Positions 52,365-63,573 of a stretch of DNA of 64,000 nucleotides are shown here, piece after piece. Both the position numbers and the translations under genes were made by a program. Source of the stretch: an uncultured Planctomycetaceae bacterium. GTDB taxonomy: Bacteria; Planctomycetota; Planctomycetia; Isosphaerales; Isosphaeraceae. Where the stretch lies: positions 4,960,001 to 5,024,000 of the forward strand of contig CAWIAD010000002.1 of NCBI GenBank assembly GCA_963833985.1, in the 5' to 3' direction. Every line of letters begins with the position of its first letter. Within the stretch, counting starts at the first letter, position 1. The notes beneath the pieces are model-generated. The model had not been told where the DNA came from and did not search any database. It saw only the letters and a program-made list of their open reading frames with translations.

Positions 52365-54457
52365 TCAGCCGTTGTCGCTTCTGGAATACGGGCGGACATT
52401 CACCAGGTTATCAAAAAACGTGGCCCCTCCGCCCATGTCCGTCAGTGCCGAGGAGGTCGTGCTGTTCACGTTCGACCCACCCGGCGACAGCTTGTTCCAG
52501 TAGATTCCGGTTGCGACCGCAACCCCGGGGCGGACATTCCCGGTCAGCGCGACCCTGGCCTGGAACGACCCGCGGTCATTGAAGACCAGGGCCCACTGGC
52601 CGTCGCTCAGGCCGCGGGCCTGTGCATCATGCGCGGAGAGCTCGACGGTGGGCTCGCCGGCGGCCGCACGATGAGTGGGGCTGCTGGCGAAGGTCGAGTT
52701 GAGGAACTGCGGCCGGGGCGGGCTGAGCAGTTGCAGGGGCAGCCGCGCCGCGAGGTCGGGCCGGCCTTGCGGGTCCTCGAGCGGAGGAATGTACGTGGGC
52801 AACGGGTCCAGCCCGTCCGCCTTCATCCGCTCCGAGTAAAGCTCGCATTTGCCCGACGGCGTGGGGAAGACGCCACTGGCGAAAGGAGTGAAGTCCGCAG
52901 GGACGTTCAGCCGCACGGAACCCTCGTCCTGCAAGCGCTCGAGGGTGATTCCCGCCAGCGTCGGCCCGCCTTCGAGCACCTCTCGCATCAGCGTCTCGTC
53001 ATCCGGGAAGAGCTCCGGCTCGAAGTTCAGCCGCGCCGCCAGGGCGCGGAAGACGTCGTTGTTCGAGCGGCACTCGCCGCGCGCGGCGATGGCGCAGGGG
53101 TTGTACATCACCTCGTGGTGCCCGTACGAGCCGTGCAGATCAACGTGCTCGAGCTGCGACGTGGCCGGCAGCACGATGTCCGCGAGATCGACGGTATCCG
53201 TGGGAAACAGCTCATGGACGACCGTGAACAGGTCATCCCGGCGCAGCCCTTTCAGCACCTTCTGCTGGTTCGGCGAGACCGCGGCCGGGTTGCTGTCGTA
53301 GACGTAGAGAGCGTGCACCGGAGGGCCTGGCAATTCGCCGCAGAGCGCCTCGCCCAGCTCGTTCATGTTGATGGTGCGGGTTCCCGGCGGCGAGAGGTCG
53401 AGACGGGTGAGACTGTCCATGGCAAAGTCGTACGCGCCGCTGGTCGAGAGCAAGGCGCCGCCGCCGGGATGACGCCAGGAACCGATGATCGCCGGCAGGC
53501 AGGCGATGGTCCGCACCGCCATCCCTCCACCGCGATGGCGCTGCATGCCGTAGTTCAGGCGAATCAGCGAGGGCTGCTCGCGCGCAGCCGGCGCGCGAAG
53601 GTTTCCATGCTGCCCACGTCGACGCCCGTGATCGCAGCGACCTTTTCCGGCGGAAACTCCTCGAGCACGCGCTGGCGCAGCAGGTCCGCCCCGATGGCCG
53701 CCCGCGCGAGGTAATCGTCGTCTTGCAGTCCCTCGCGCCAGATCACGTGCATCACCCCCAGCGCCAGTGCCGCATCGGTGCCGGGACGGATCGCGATGTG
53801 CCAGTCCGAACGGCTGGCCGTCGGGCTGCGGTAGGGGTCCACCGTCACGATCGTTGCCCCGTGACGCTTGCGCGCCTCGATCATCAGGCTCCAGAGATGG
53901 CTGTTGGTGTTCGCCGTGTTCGAGCCCCAGTTGACGATGAACTTGCACCGGGGCACCGCCAGGGGATCCGCGCCCAGGCGGCCCGTTCCGACTGTGTATT
54001 CATACCCCAGCGACCCGGCCGAGGCGCAGATGGTCCGGTCCAGCTTCGAGGCGCCCAGCCGGTGGAAGAACCGGCGGTCCAGGCTGCTCGATTGCAGCTT
54101 GCCCATCGTGCCGTAATAGCTGTGCGGCAAGATCGCCTGCGGACCCTCCGCCGAAGCCGCGATGGCCGCGAACCGCCCGGCGATCGTGTCCAGCGCCTCA
54201 TCCCATGAGATCCGCTCGAACCGACCTTTCCCCCTGGCTCCCGCCCGCTTCACGGGATACAGAAGCCGGTCAGGACTGTAGACCCGCTCCAGGTAGCGCG
54301 TCATCTTGCGGCAGAGAAAACCGCGCGTGAACGGGTGGCCGGCGTCCCCCTTCAACTCCACGGCCACGCCATCCCGGACCGTGACCTTCATGCTGCACGT
54401 ATCAGGGCAGTCGAGCGGGCAGACGTTCTTGAATACGGTCAGTTCGGAGCTGGCCAA
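52365..54457 (-). CDS. Molybdopterin-dependent oxidoreductase (frameshift near 53583)
   Basis: Fe-S motif CPLDCPDTC..C, RISWDEAL, PGTDAALALG, TDT...ADIVLPA and FLNST; C-terminal molybdopterin-dinucleotide-binding domain. Confidence 0.9.
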
Positions 54458-54809
54458 GGGAAGCGGCCTCCAGTTCAGGGACTCTCTTGGCGACCGATCT
54501 GATTATAGGCGACGAGCCGTTGGCTTCCCACCGCGAAGCCTCGCCCTTGCGGCCGCATCGGGTTCGAGCATTCCCGGTAAACCGCGGCTCGTACGTCATC
54601 CTCAGGTCCGCCGCACGCGTATGGCACGAGCGATTGACCTCATCGTGGCGGATGGCCGGAGCTGGATGGTCGTGTTCCGGCGCATGGGTCAGCGCTTCCC
54701 GTGGTCAAGATGAGTGGGAGAGGCTTTCCCGCCAGGTGGACATGGGAGCCCGGGCGCGGCATCCTGAATTCACGACAGGCCCCGAAGGCAATTACCTGAG
54801 AGGACTCTC

Positions 54810-57274
54810 ATGCCTGAGAAACCGCCAGGGCCGGAGAAACCGCCGGCAAGCGACCGCATTCGTGATGAACTGAGCAAGGCGCTCGACCAGATCGACCGGC
54901 CCGGCACGTTCTGCACGAGCGGTACGCTGCCGGTCGTGCTGCCGGGGCTGGAGGTCAAGGGAATGGGAGCTCTCGGACTGCCGCTCGCGCGCACAGGCCG
55001 AGGAGCTCAAGGCGATGTGCGAGCAAGCACCGTACGGCAAGGGCGAGAAAACCCTGGTGGATACCAGCGTGCGCAGGGTCTGGCGGTTGAGTCCAGGCCG
55101 GTTTTCGCTGACCAACCCCGACTGGCAGCGCCTGCTTGATGAGACGTTGAAGACAGTTCAGATAAACCTGGGACTGGAGCGCCAGAAGCTGGAGGGCCAG
55201 CTTCATGAGCTGTTGCTCTACGAGCAAGGAAGTTTCTTCCTGCCGCACCGCGATGGCGAAAAGCTCGATCGCATGGTCGCGACGCTGGTCGTCATTCTTC
55301 CCTCGGTCTACGAAGGCGGGGAGCTCATCGTCCGGCACGAGGGCCAGGTGGCCACGGTCGACTTCTCGGACGTGAACGACCGCGCCTTCCGGACTCACTT
55401 TGCGGCCTTCTACGCCGATTGCGAGCACGAGATCCGCCCGCTGATGAGGGGGTACCGCCTCTGCCTGGTGTACAACCTCACGCTGGCCAGGTCGAAAAAA
55501 CCGATCAGCGCGCCGCGACCGGCAGAACACATCGAGCGCATCGTACCCTTGCTCCGTGAGTGGTCCCGACACGATGAGGCCCGCAAGCTGGTGGTCACGC
55601 TTGATCACGAGTACACGAAGGATGGTCTGACGTGGGACAAGCTCAAGGGCGTCGATCGGGCCAAGGCCCATGTGCTCGGCGCAGCGGCGCGGCAGTCGGA
55701 TTGCAAGGCATACCTCGCACTGCTGACCCTGTGGGAATCTGGCTCGGCAGTTGACGACGGCTACGAATACGGATATCGCAGCCGTCGTCGCTGGCAATAC
55801 GACGAGGATGAGGATGAGGACGCTGGCGGAGGCACACACGAGATGGACGAGGTCTTCGAATCGAGCCTCACCGCCAAGCAGTGGAACGACATGGAAGGCC
55901 GGCCCATACCGATCCCGTCGCTCCGCATCGACGAGGACGAACTCCTGGACCCGAGCGCCGTCAGGGACGTGGAGCCGGAAGAGCAGTTCGAGGGTTACAC
56001 GGGCAACGCGGGGATGACGCTCGAGCGCTGGTATCGCCATGCAGCGGTCATCCTCTGGCCGGAGCGCAAACACTTTGAAGTCCTTTGTGATGGCAATGGA
56101 CGGCAGGTAGTACCCCTGCTCAAGCAGATGGTGGACCAATGGAAGAAAGCCGGCCCGAGGAATGCACCCGCACAGAAGGAGCAATGTCTCGCGCTGGCCA
56201 GCGCAATCCTCAAGACCTGGCCAGAGAGCCTTGACCGATACACACACGGATACGGTGACCATTCCAGGCCTGAGCAGGAAAGTGACAACCTGCTGCGCCT
56301 GCTCGAGATCCTTGGCGATGAGCAACTCATCGCCCGCTATGTCACCGATGTCCTGAGCAAGGATCCCGCGGCCGACCCAGGGAAGTCGCTGGTGAGCGTG
56401 TGCGCAAAACATGGCTGGGAAGGCTTCCGGCCACAGCTCGAAGCGCTCCTTCAAAGCACGAGCGCCGGCACGGTGGAAAGGAACGTCGGATTGCTCGAGG
56501 AGATTTGCCAATCCAAGGAGCGCAAGAAGGGAGCGCCGGCCGAGTTCTGCGTATCAGCATCGAGCGCGCTGGTCTCCGCTCTGGAAACGATCGACCAGGG
56601 TAAACCCGCTCATGACTGGCGCCTGACGCACATCGACCGGGCGAAGCTCCTCACCGGACTGGTCCGGGCCCTGGTGGTGACCGGACAGTTCGAGCTGCTG
56701 GAACGCGTGCTTGCGCAGCGCGCTGGGCCTGCCGCAGAAGTACCCGCTCAAGACCGCTCATCTTCCCGCACTCATCAGCCTGGGGCCGTGGCTGAAGCAG
56801 CATCTCCAGCACCCGCCCGTGGCATTGACACGCTGGATTGCCGCCTGCCGCGGGCAGCTCCAGGATCTGACCGCGGAGGCACCGCGGGAGCCCAGCGACT
56901 TTCGCCGCACCGCCACGATCAAATGCAAGTGCGGGGACTGCACCGAACTGAAGCGTTTCCTGGAGGATCCAGACGCCCCGGCGTACCGCTTCAGCATGCG
57001 GGAAGAACGTCGTCGCCACCTCCAGGCCGAGATCTCCGAGTATCAGGCCGACCTGCATATGACCACCGATCGCAGCCGATCGCCCCACACGCTTGTCTGC
57101 ACCAAGACCACAGCGTCGTACCAGGCGGAGCGACGGACCAACGAGCAGGACCTCGAATCACTCGCGGCAGTGCGGGCCATCGAGGACAGCCTGGGGGATG
57201 CAACAACGGCAGCCACGGAGCCGGTGAAAAGGCGGCGCAAGAGTCGGCCATCGGCACCATCAGGGTCCGCATGA
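54810..57274 (+). CDS. Large 2OG-Fe(II) oxygenase domain protein (frameshifts near 54990 and 56718)
   Basis: APYGKG..TLVD..VR, HxD (PHRDGEK), HEIRPL..GYRLCLVYNL, YTGNAG and C-terminal CxCxxC. Confidence 0.8.
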
Positions 57275-57275
57275 A

Positions 57276-58541
57276 TCAGGAGAGCAGCTCCCGGATCGGC
57301 TTCCCTGCGCTCAGCTTCACCGGCCGGCCGGTGAGCGGAGCGATGTTTTCCTTGACGGGGTCGATGCCCAGGGCCTTCAGCACGGTGGCGTGAACATCCT
57401 CGACGGTCGTGGGCGAGGTGGGGGTCTTCGAGCCCTCGGGATCGGTGGCTCCCACGACGTGACCGCCCCGCAGACCGCCGCCGGCCAGAGCGAGGCTGAA
57501 CCCGGTGGGCCAGTGGTCGCGGCCGGCGAAGGGGTTGATCTTCGGCGTGCGGCCGAACTCGCCGCAGCAGAGCACCACCGTCCGCTCCAGCAACCGCCGG
57601 CGCTTCAGGTCGGCCAGGAGCGCGGCGAACGCCGGATCAAGCTGCTTGATGAGCTTGCGATGCTGCTCGTGGTTGTTGACGTGCGTATCCCAGCCGTCGA
57701 GCGTCACCTCGACGCAGCGCACGCCGGCCTCGATCAGTCGGCGGGCGGCCAGACAGCCGCGGCCAAAGGGGCTATCACCGTACTCCGCCAGCACGCCGGC
57801 CGGCTCCTGCGCCACGTCGAACGCCTTGAGCTGCTCGGACGTCATCATCACACGCGCCCGGGCCACGGTCTCGCGATGCAGGGTGGTCGACACCCGCCTG
57901 GAGCGGGTCCGGGAGAAGGCACGCTCGACGACGTCCAGGTCCTGCACACGGGCCAGCTCACGCGCGCCTTTGATGGGCGAGAGCACGTCGGGCAGGGTCT
58001 CCTTCGGATCGCCAACCAGGAATGCGTCGTATTCGCCGCCGAGGTAGCCGCCCCGGCTGGGCCAGCGGCCGGCGAGGATGGAGATGTGTCGCGGGATGTC
58101 GGTCCGGCCCACGGGCAGCTCATGGCAGCACACGGCCCCGATGGAGGGGTGGACGACCGTGGGATCGGGCCGGTAGCCCGTCTTCATCATGTAGGTCCCG
58201 CGCTCGTGGTCCCCCTCCTTGCTGACCATCGAACGGACCAGCGTGAGCGAGGCCATCTGTTCGGCCAGCCGCTCGCAGCCCTCGGCCAGTTGAATGCCCT
58301 GCACCGCCGTGGCGATCGCCTTCGTGCCGCCGGCGATGACCGTGCCGGGATGGGGATCGAAGGTCTCGAGCTGGCTCGGCCCGCCCCCCATCCACAGCAG
58401 GATCAAGGACCGGGCCGGTGCGCGGGACTGCTCGGCGTCGCGCGCCAGCAACTGCCCCAGAGGTGTCAGCCAGCTCAGACCCGCAAGGGTCAGGAAACGA
58501 CGGCGATCGAAGGCCGGAACGGATGACATTCCCATTGCCAT
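57276..58541 (-). CDS. DUF1501 domain protein (Tat signal)
   Basis: DRRRFL, WMGGGPSQLETFDP, GWDTH, EFGRTP and GRDHW. Confidence 0.92.
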   Translation of the reverse strand: MAMGMSSVPAFDRRRFLTLAGLSWLTPLGQLLARDAEQSRAPARSLILLWMGGGPSQLETFDPHPGTVIAGGTKAIATAVQGIQLAEGCERLAEQMASLTLVRSMVSKEGDHERGTYMMKTGYRPDPTVVHPSIGAVCCHELPVGRTDIPRHISILAGRWPSRGGYLGGEYDAFLVGDPKETLPDVLSPIKGARELARVQDLDVVERAFSRTRSRRVSTTLHRETVARARVMMTSEQLKAFDVAQEPAGVLAEYGDSPFGRGCLAARRLIEAGVRCVEVTLDGWDTHVNNHEQHRKLIKQLDPAFAALLADLKRRRLLERTVVLCCGEFGRTPKINPFAGRDHWPTGFSLALAGGGLRGGHVVGATDPEGSKTPTSPTTVEDVHATVLKALGIDPVKENIAPLTGRPVKLSAGKPIRELLS

Positions 58542-58572
58542 GGAGAGGTCCTCGGAGTGACTCCGGCGCGGC

Positions 58573-60183
58573 TCAGTGGTTCCAGGAAAACTCGGTCGAA
58601 TTGATCAGCGTCCAGAACAGGTCCGTCAAACGCTCTTTCCGCTCCTGGCTCTTGGTGCCGGCGAGCCGGCCCTCGAAGTGCGATCGCTCGTCGGGCGTGG
58701 GCCGGCGGGTGAGGACGGTCAGATACGCCACTTCCACGGCCTTCTGGTCGTCGGGCGCCTGCTCGGCGATCCGCCGCGAGGCATTGAAGAAGTCGTCCTT
58801 GGTCTTGTCGCGCACGAGCTGGCCGTTCATGAGCAAGAGGCGTTGCGGGATCGTGCCGCCGGCGGGGGCAAACTCGTCCTCACCCGCATCGCCGTAGCGG
58901 CGCACGAAGTCATTGCGGCCCGTGTAGGCGGCGAAACGGACGATCCAGGGCGATTGCGGGCCCAGCGTGGGGAGCGAGCCGGCCTGGAAGATCGACCCGG
59001 CCACCTGCTCGGGACGCAGCCGCGTGAGGGGAAAGCTGTCCCAGGTGTCTTCGGACTGAGCGTCGGCCTCCGACTGAGCGGTGTCGGCACTATCGAGGTG
59101 GAACAGCTCGGTCGCGGCCATGATCCGGATGAGACGGTGCAGGTCAAAGTGGTGCGCGGTGAAATCGGCCGCGAGCGTCTCGAGCACCGGCGGCAACTCG
59201 CCGGCCACGGGTATGTCGTCAATCGGGTCGACCAGGGGCCGGCCAAATACGATTGCCCAGAGCCGGTTGACCGTGGCGCGGGCCAGGTTCGGGTTGGCCG
59301 GGTCGGTGATCCAGGCGGCGAGCCGCCGGCGCGGGTTCTCGCCGCCAGGCAACAGCTCGGGACGGAACGGCACGCGCGGCTCGACCGTCGTCGCCTCCTT
59401 CGTCTTGCGGTCGAGCGGATGATAGGCGCTCTCGCCGTCGCGGACCCCGCGCAAGTTGGAGTGAACGCTGCCGAAGAAGGCGGCCAGACCGCGGAAATCG
59501 GCCTGTTTCCAGGGCTGGAACGGGTGATCGTGGCACTGGGCACAGTCCAGGCGGATGCCGAGAAAGGCGCGCGAGACCCGCGCGGCCAGGCGTTCGGGGT
59601 CGGGCAGCTCGGTCTCCTCGCTGATCGTCACGGAGATGAAGTTCGTGGCCGGATGGTCCGTCCACAATCCCTCGTCGGCCACCAGGTCGCGGACCACCGC
59701 GTCATAAGGCCGATTCTCCAAAATCGCATCGCTCAGCCAGGTGGTGAACCGGCGGCGGCGGAACTTCACGAACGGCCCGTCCTCGACGCCCACAAGCGCC
59801 CGGGCGAACCGCTCGGCCAGGTAATCGGCCGTGCGGCGGTCGCGCAGCAGGACCTCCAGCCAGCCTTCGATGCGGCCCTCCACAGCCAGCGCCTCGAACT
59901 GGCGGATCTCTTCGAGCGCAGGGATCGAGCCCGTGAGAGCCAGCGAAAGCCGGCGCATCAGGGCAAGCTCGGTGGCCGGCGGTGCGGGTCGGACGCCCTT
60001 GTCCACCCAGCGCTGCTCCAGGATCCTGTTCACCTCGACGACGACCGGCAGCCGCTCGGCCAGCGCGCCGGGCCGGCCGGACGCAGGCGGGGGAGCCGGC
60101 ACCGGTGACCGCAAGGCGCCTCGGGCCAGGGCCAGACCACCGCCCAGGACCACGCTGATGAAGATCAGGTCGCGTAATCGCAT
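58573..60183 (-). CDS. DUF1549/DUF1553 planctomycete domain protein
   Basis: RRLSLALTG, FLGIRLDCAQCHDHP, VNRLW..VFGRPL and DLFWTLINSTEF. Confidence 0.92.
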   Translation of the reverse strand: MRLRDLIFISVVLGGGLALARGALRSPVPAPPPASGRPGALAERLPVVVEVNRILEQRWVDKGVRPAPPATELALMRRLSLALTGSIPALEEIRQFEALAVEGRIEGWLEVLLRDRRTADYLAERFARALVGVEDGPFVKFRRRRFTTWLSDAILENRPYDAVVRDLVADEGLWTDHPATNFISVTISEETELPDPERLAARVSRAFLGIRLDCAQCHDHPFQPWKQADFRGLAAFFGSVHSNLRGVRDGESAYHPLDRKTKEATTVEPRVPFRPELLPGGENPRRRLAAWITDPANPNLARATVNRLWAIVFGRPLVDPIDDIPVAGELPPVLETLAADFTAHHFDLHRLIRIMAATELFHLDSADTAQSEADAQSEDTWDSFPLTRLRPEQVAGSIFQAGSLPTLGPQSPWIVRFAAYTGRNDFVRRYGDAGEDEFAPAGGTIPQRLLLMNGQLVRDKTKDDFFNASRRIAEQAPDDQKAVEVAYLTVLTRRPTPDERSHFEGRLAGTKSQERKERLTDLFWTLINSTEFSWNH

Positions 60184-60325
60184 GTCCGCCGCCTCCCCGG
60201 AACAGGTGCATCATAGCAAACTACCCAGGCTTCGTGCCTCGCGTTTCAGGAAACCGCGAAACATGCCACCTGCCCGGGCAAAGCCATCTTGAAACCCGCC
60301 CGCCAACCGGCGAGTAATAAAATGC

Positions 60326-61513
60326 ATGGACGAGACAACGGTCCTCGAACTGGCACCTCCCGAACAAGCCCGTACGGCACCGCCGGAACCGCGGCGGCGC
60401 TGGGCCGCGCGTCTGCGCTTCGACATCGGTCGCCTGGCACGGCGCTTCGGCTCGGGGCTCGAATGGCTCTTCGGGCTGGGCTGGCTGGTGGTGGGGCTCT
60501 CCGTGCTGGCCGCTTTGCCGGTTGCGCAGTTCGTCAGCCTGGGGTATTTCCTCGAATCGTCGGCTCGGGTGGCACGCACCGGCCGGCTGCGCGACGGCGT
60601 CATCGGAGTGCGCCGGGCCGCCAGGGCCGGCGGAGTCGCCCTTGGCATGGTCCTCTCCCTGGTCCCCCTCTTCCTGGTGGGCTCGTACGCGCAGACGGCC
60701 GCGCTCATCGATCCCGGCGGCGCCGTGGCGGGTCGCTGGCGGTGGATCCTTGGCATCGTGGCGGCGCTCACGTTCGTCCAGATCACCACGGCCTGCGCAC
60801 GCGGAGGACGGCTGCGGCATTTCCTCTGGCCACTGGGTATGCCTGGCTGGCTGGTGCGCGGACTGAAACAGGGAGGCCTGTACGCGCAGGCTCGCGACGG
60901 CTTCTGGGACTTCGTCGCCGCGCTGCGCCTGCCCTATTACTTCCGGCTCGGCCTGGTCGGCTTTCTCGGCACCCTGACGTGGCTGGCCCTGCCGGCGGGC
61001 CTGATCGCGGCCAGCCGCGCTTACCCGCTGCTCGGCTTTGTGGGGGCGTTGCTGCTGGCGTTCGTGGCGCCGTCCTTGCCATTTCTCCAGGTCCGCTACG
61101 CGGTCGAGGGCCGCGCCGGGGCCCTCTTTTCCCTGGGCTCGATCCGCGAGCGATTCCGCCGCGCTCCGTGGGCCTTCGCCTTCTCACTCATGGTGCTGCT
61201 ACTGGCATCAGTTCCTCTCTATCTGTTGAAGATCGAGATGATCCCGCGCGAGGCCGCATGGCTGCCGAGCTTGGTCTTCGTGGTCTTCCTGGCACCCGCT
61301 CACGTCCTGGTCGGCTGGGCGTACGCGCGCTCGTGGCGGCGCTACCGGCCGCGCCACTTCCTGGTTCGCGCCCTGGGCCGCCTGGCGATCATCCCCGTCT
61401 CGCTCTTCTACGTGCTGGTCGTCGTTCTGGCCCAGTACACCTCCTGGGGCGGCGTCTGGAGCCTCTTCGAGCAGCACGCCTTCCTGCTGCCGGTGCCGTT
61501 TTTCAGCATGTGA
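60326..61513 (+). CDS. Hypothetical multipass membrane protein
   Basis: 395-aa ORF with many TM helices, divergent from the DUF1549 gene. Confidence 0.8.
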   Translation: MDETTVLELAPPEQARTAPPEPRRRWAARLRFDIGRLARRFGSGLEWLFGLGWLVVGLSVLAALPVAQFVSLGYFLESSARVARTGRLRDGVIGVRRAARAGGVALGMVLSLVPLFLVGSYAQTAALIDPGGAVAGRWRWILGIVAALTFVQITTACARGGRLRHFLWPLGMPGWLVRGLKQGGLYAQARDGFWDFVAALRLPYYFRLGLVGFLGTLTWLALPAGLIAASRAYPLLGFVGALLLAFVAPSLPFLQVRYAVEGRAGALFSLGSIRERFRRAPWAFAFSLMVLLLASVPLYLLKIEMIPREAAWLPSLVFVVFLAPAHVLVGWAYARSWRRYRPRHFLVRALGRLAIIPVSLFYVLVVVLAQYTSWGGVWSLFEQHAFLLPVPFFSM

Positions 61514-61640
61514 TGCGCTGCCGGCCGCGGGCACTGAGTACGGCAGGCCCTTGATCGCCGTTCCCGGTTCATGCAGAATTCTTGCGTTTTCCCGGCAATC
61601 GCACAACCGCTCAACCGCCCCGGCCCAGCGAGACCATCCC

Positions 61641-62252
61641 ATGGCACAGCGCGACGATCGTATCGACGCTTACATCGCCAGGTCCGCCGAGTTCGCCCAG
61701 CCGATTCTCACGCACCTGCGGGCAATCGTCCACGAAGCTTGCCCGGACGTCGAAGAGACAATGAAGTGGAGCTTCCCCCATTTCCAGTACCAGGGAATGA
61801 TGTGCAGCATGGCGGCGTTCAAGGAGCATTGTGCCTTCAACTTCTGGAAAAGCTCACTCATCGTCGAATGGGGCGGGGAACCGGTCGAGAAGGCCATGGG
61901 CCAGTTCGGGCGTGTCACCAGGGTCGCCGACCTGCCGTCCAGGAAGGTCCTCATCAGCTACGTCAAGCAGGCCATGAAGCTCAACGAGGAAGGCGTCAAG
62001 TCTCCGACCCGGACCAAGCCCAGGGACAAGGCGCCCAGGGAAGTGATGGTCCCCGAGGACCTGGCGGCCGCCCTGGCGGCCAGCAGTGCGGCACAGGCCT
62101 CTTTCGAGAAATTCAGCCCCAGCCATCGCCGCGAATACATCGAGTGGATCACCGAGGCGAAGACCGAGGCGACACGAACCCGGCGGATCGCTCAGGCGGT
62201 GGAGTGGATGGCGGAGGGCAAGCCGCGCAACTGGAAGTACATGAACTGCTAG
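61641..62252 (+). CDS. YdeI/OmpD-associated (DUF1801) family protein
   Basis: IDAYI..FAQPIL, EETMKWSFP and FSPSHRREYIEWITEAK..TR..RI. Confidence 0.9.
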   Translation: MAQRDDRIDAYIARSAEFAQPILTHLRAIVHEACPDVEETMKWSFPHFQYQGMMCSMAAFKEHCAFNFWKSSLIVEWGGEPVEKAMGQFGRVTRVADLPSRKVLISYVKQAMKLNEEGVKSPTRTKPRDKAPREVMVPEDLAAALAASSAAQASFEKFSPSHRREYIEWITEAKTEATRTRRIAQAVEWMAEGKPRNWKYMNC

Positions 62253-62370
62253 CGCACGCCGGAAGCGTCCTCCAGACGCCCTCGTACGCAACGTGCACCA
62301 CCCGGCGGGGAGATTTGCTCGTCTTCACTCATGAGCGGTTAATTCTCCCTTCTCCCGGATCCTGGACTCG

Positions 62371-62524
62371 GGTGCGTCGAGCTTGCGACTGTGCGACGAC
62401 GCACCGACTGTGCGGTACTCGGGAAATCGGTGCGTCTTTACGACGCACCCTACATTGCTCATGGGATGGCATCGGTAGGAAGTGAAGCAGGATGCGTCGA
62501 GCCTGGACGACGCACCGACTGTGC
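62371..62524. repeat. Cluster of three REP hairpins (GTAG family)
   Basis: GGTGCGTC(G)...(C)GACGCACC stems at 62371-62405, 62429-62449 (GTAG tag on the minus strand, 62450-62453) and about 62491-62516 (GCAG tag on the plus strand). Confidence 0.8.
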
Positions 62525-62656
62525 AGGCCACGGTCTGTCCTTCCCTTTTCTTTCCCGAGTGTCGGGCCTTGCTAGTCCAATCTTTCGGCCTGATACTAAC
62601 CGAGTTGTCTCTATTCCAGGCTAGTCGGAACAGGGGTCCCCTGAGCGTGAGAGCCT

Positions 62657-63391
62657 ATGATGAAACGCGTGCTTCTGCGAGGACTTTTCGGATGGGTGGT
62701 GGTTGTCGCTCTGGTTGGGGGGTCGCTCTTCGCTCAGGGGATTCAGAGGCAAGGACCGCCCGTTCAAGACGATGAAACATCAGAATCCTTCCGTGAAAAA
62801 GTATGGCTCACGCTTCTAGACAAGGGGCTGATCGGGGGACTAGTGTTGCTCGCCGGGATATTCATTCAACGGGCTCTCGAAAGTTTTAAGAACGACCTGA
62901 ACTTGAAGAACCTCTATTCCAACTGGCGATGGGCCAGGAACGCGGCTCTTCTAGAGAAGATCGGAAACGCTGCGGCTGATCTGACGCAGAAGCTTGCCGC
63001 CGGAGTTCATGCAATGGCATGGTTGACTTGGCAAGCGAAATACAACCCGCATGCATTCTCGCAGGACCTAATCAAGGAATACGACATCGAGATGAAGGCC
63101 CTGCTTCCTTCATTCGTCGCGAGCCGTGTGCTAGTGGCCGTCGTGAGCAAGACAACGAGTAACAGGTTGAAACCACTGGTGGACGACCTCCTGGATTGGG
63201 ACAGGAAGATCGCCATCACTTGCACCAAGTTCAGTGAGTCACCCGAGGTTTGCAAGAAGGAACTAGCAGATTATCATCCGGACATTGTGAAATTTGATGA
63301 TAAGATACTGAGTGAAGTGGCTGACTTGATCGCCACCTGGCCGTCGATCGAGTCCGAGGCGCGAGCCGATGGGATGGCCGTTCGAGGATAG
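62657..63391 (+). CDS. Hypothetical membrane-anchored helical protein, visibly lower GC
   Basis: 244-aa ORF with a signal peptide and a TM helix; A/T-ending codons are much more frequent than in neighbours. Confidence 0.7.
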   Translation: MMKRVLLRGLFGWVVVVALVGGSLFAQGIQRQGPPVQDDETSESFREKVWLTLLDKGLIGGLVLLAGIFIQRALESFKNDLNLKNLYSNWRWARNAALLEKIGNAAADLTQKLAAGVHAMAWLTWQAKYNPHAFSQDLIKEYDIEMKALLPSFVASRVLVAVVSKTTSNRLKPLVDDLLDWDRKIAITCTKFSESPEVCKKELADYHPDIVKFDDKILSEVADLIATWPSIESEARADGMAVRG

Positions 63392-63573
63392 TTCCGAGGA
63401 TAAAAGCGGTTAGGCTGGATAGGACCGTGTCAGAAAGGCCAATACTAGAGTATTAAGTGAACACTCGCACCTCTCCGCTTTGCAAGCGCGCTCCACCGAG
63501 AATGACCGCCAGACAATCTTGCCCACAATCCCCAATATCGCCTTGACCCGACGGAAAAAATGAAAATAACTGT

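Noticed and set aside
54540..54580. GGTTCGA T-loop-like sequence as a tRNA
   Set aside because: No cloverleaf, acceptor stem or D-arm could be built; the same applies at about 13306.
8461..57274. Calling the frameshifted genes pseudogenes or programmed frameshifts
   Set aside because: They carry small indels with no further decay and no slippery heptamers, and share a GCGC context; sequencing error is more parsimonious.
1886..60108. Many long antisense ORFs (e.g. 1886-3535, 6537-8447, 18029-19843, 58576-60108)
   Set aside because: They are shadow ORFs opposite well-supported genes, as expected in high-GC DNA.
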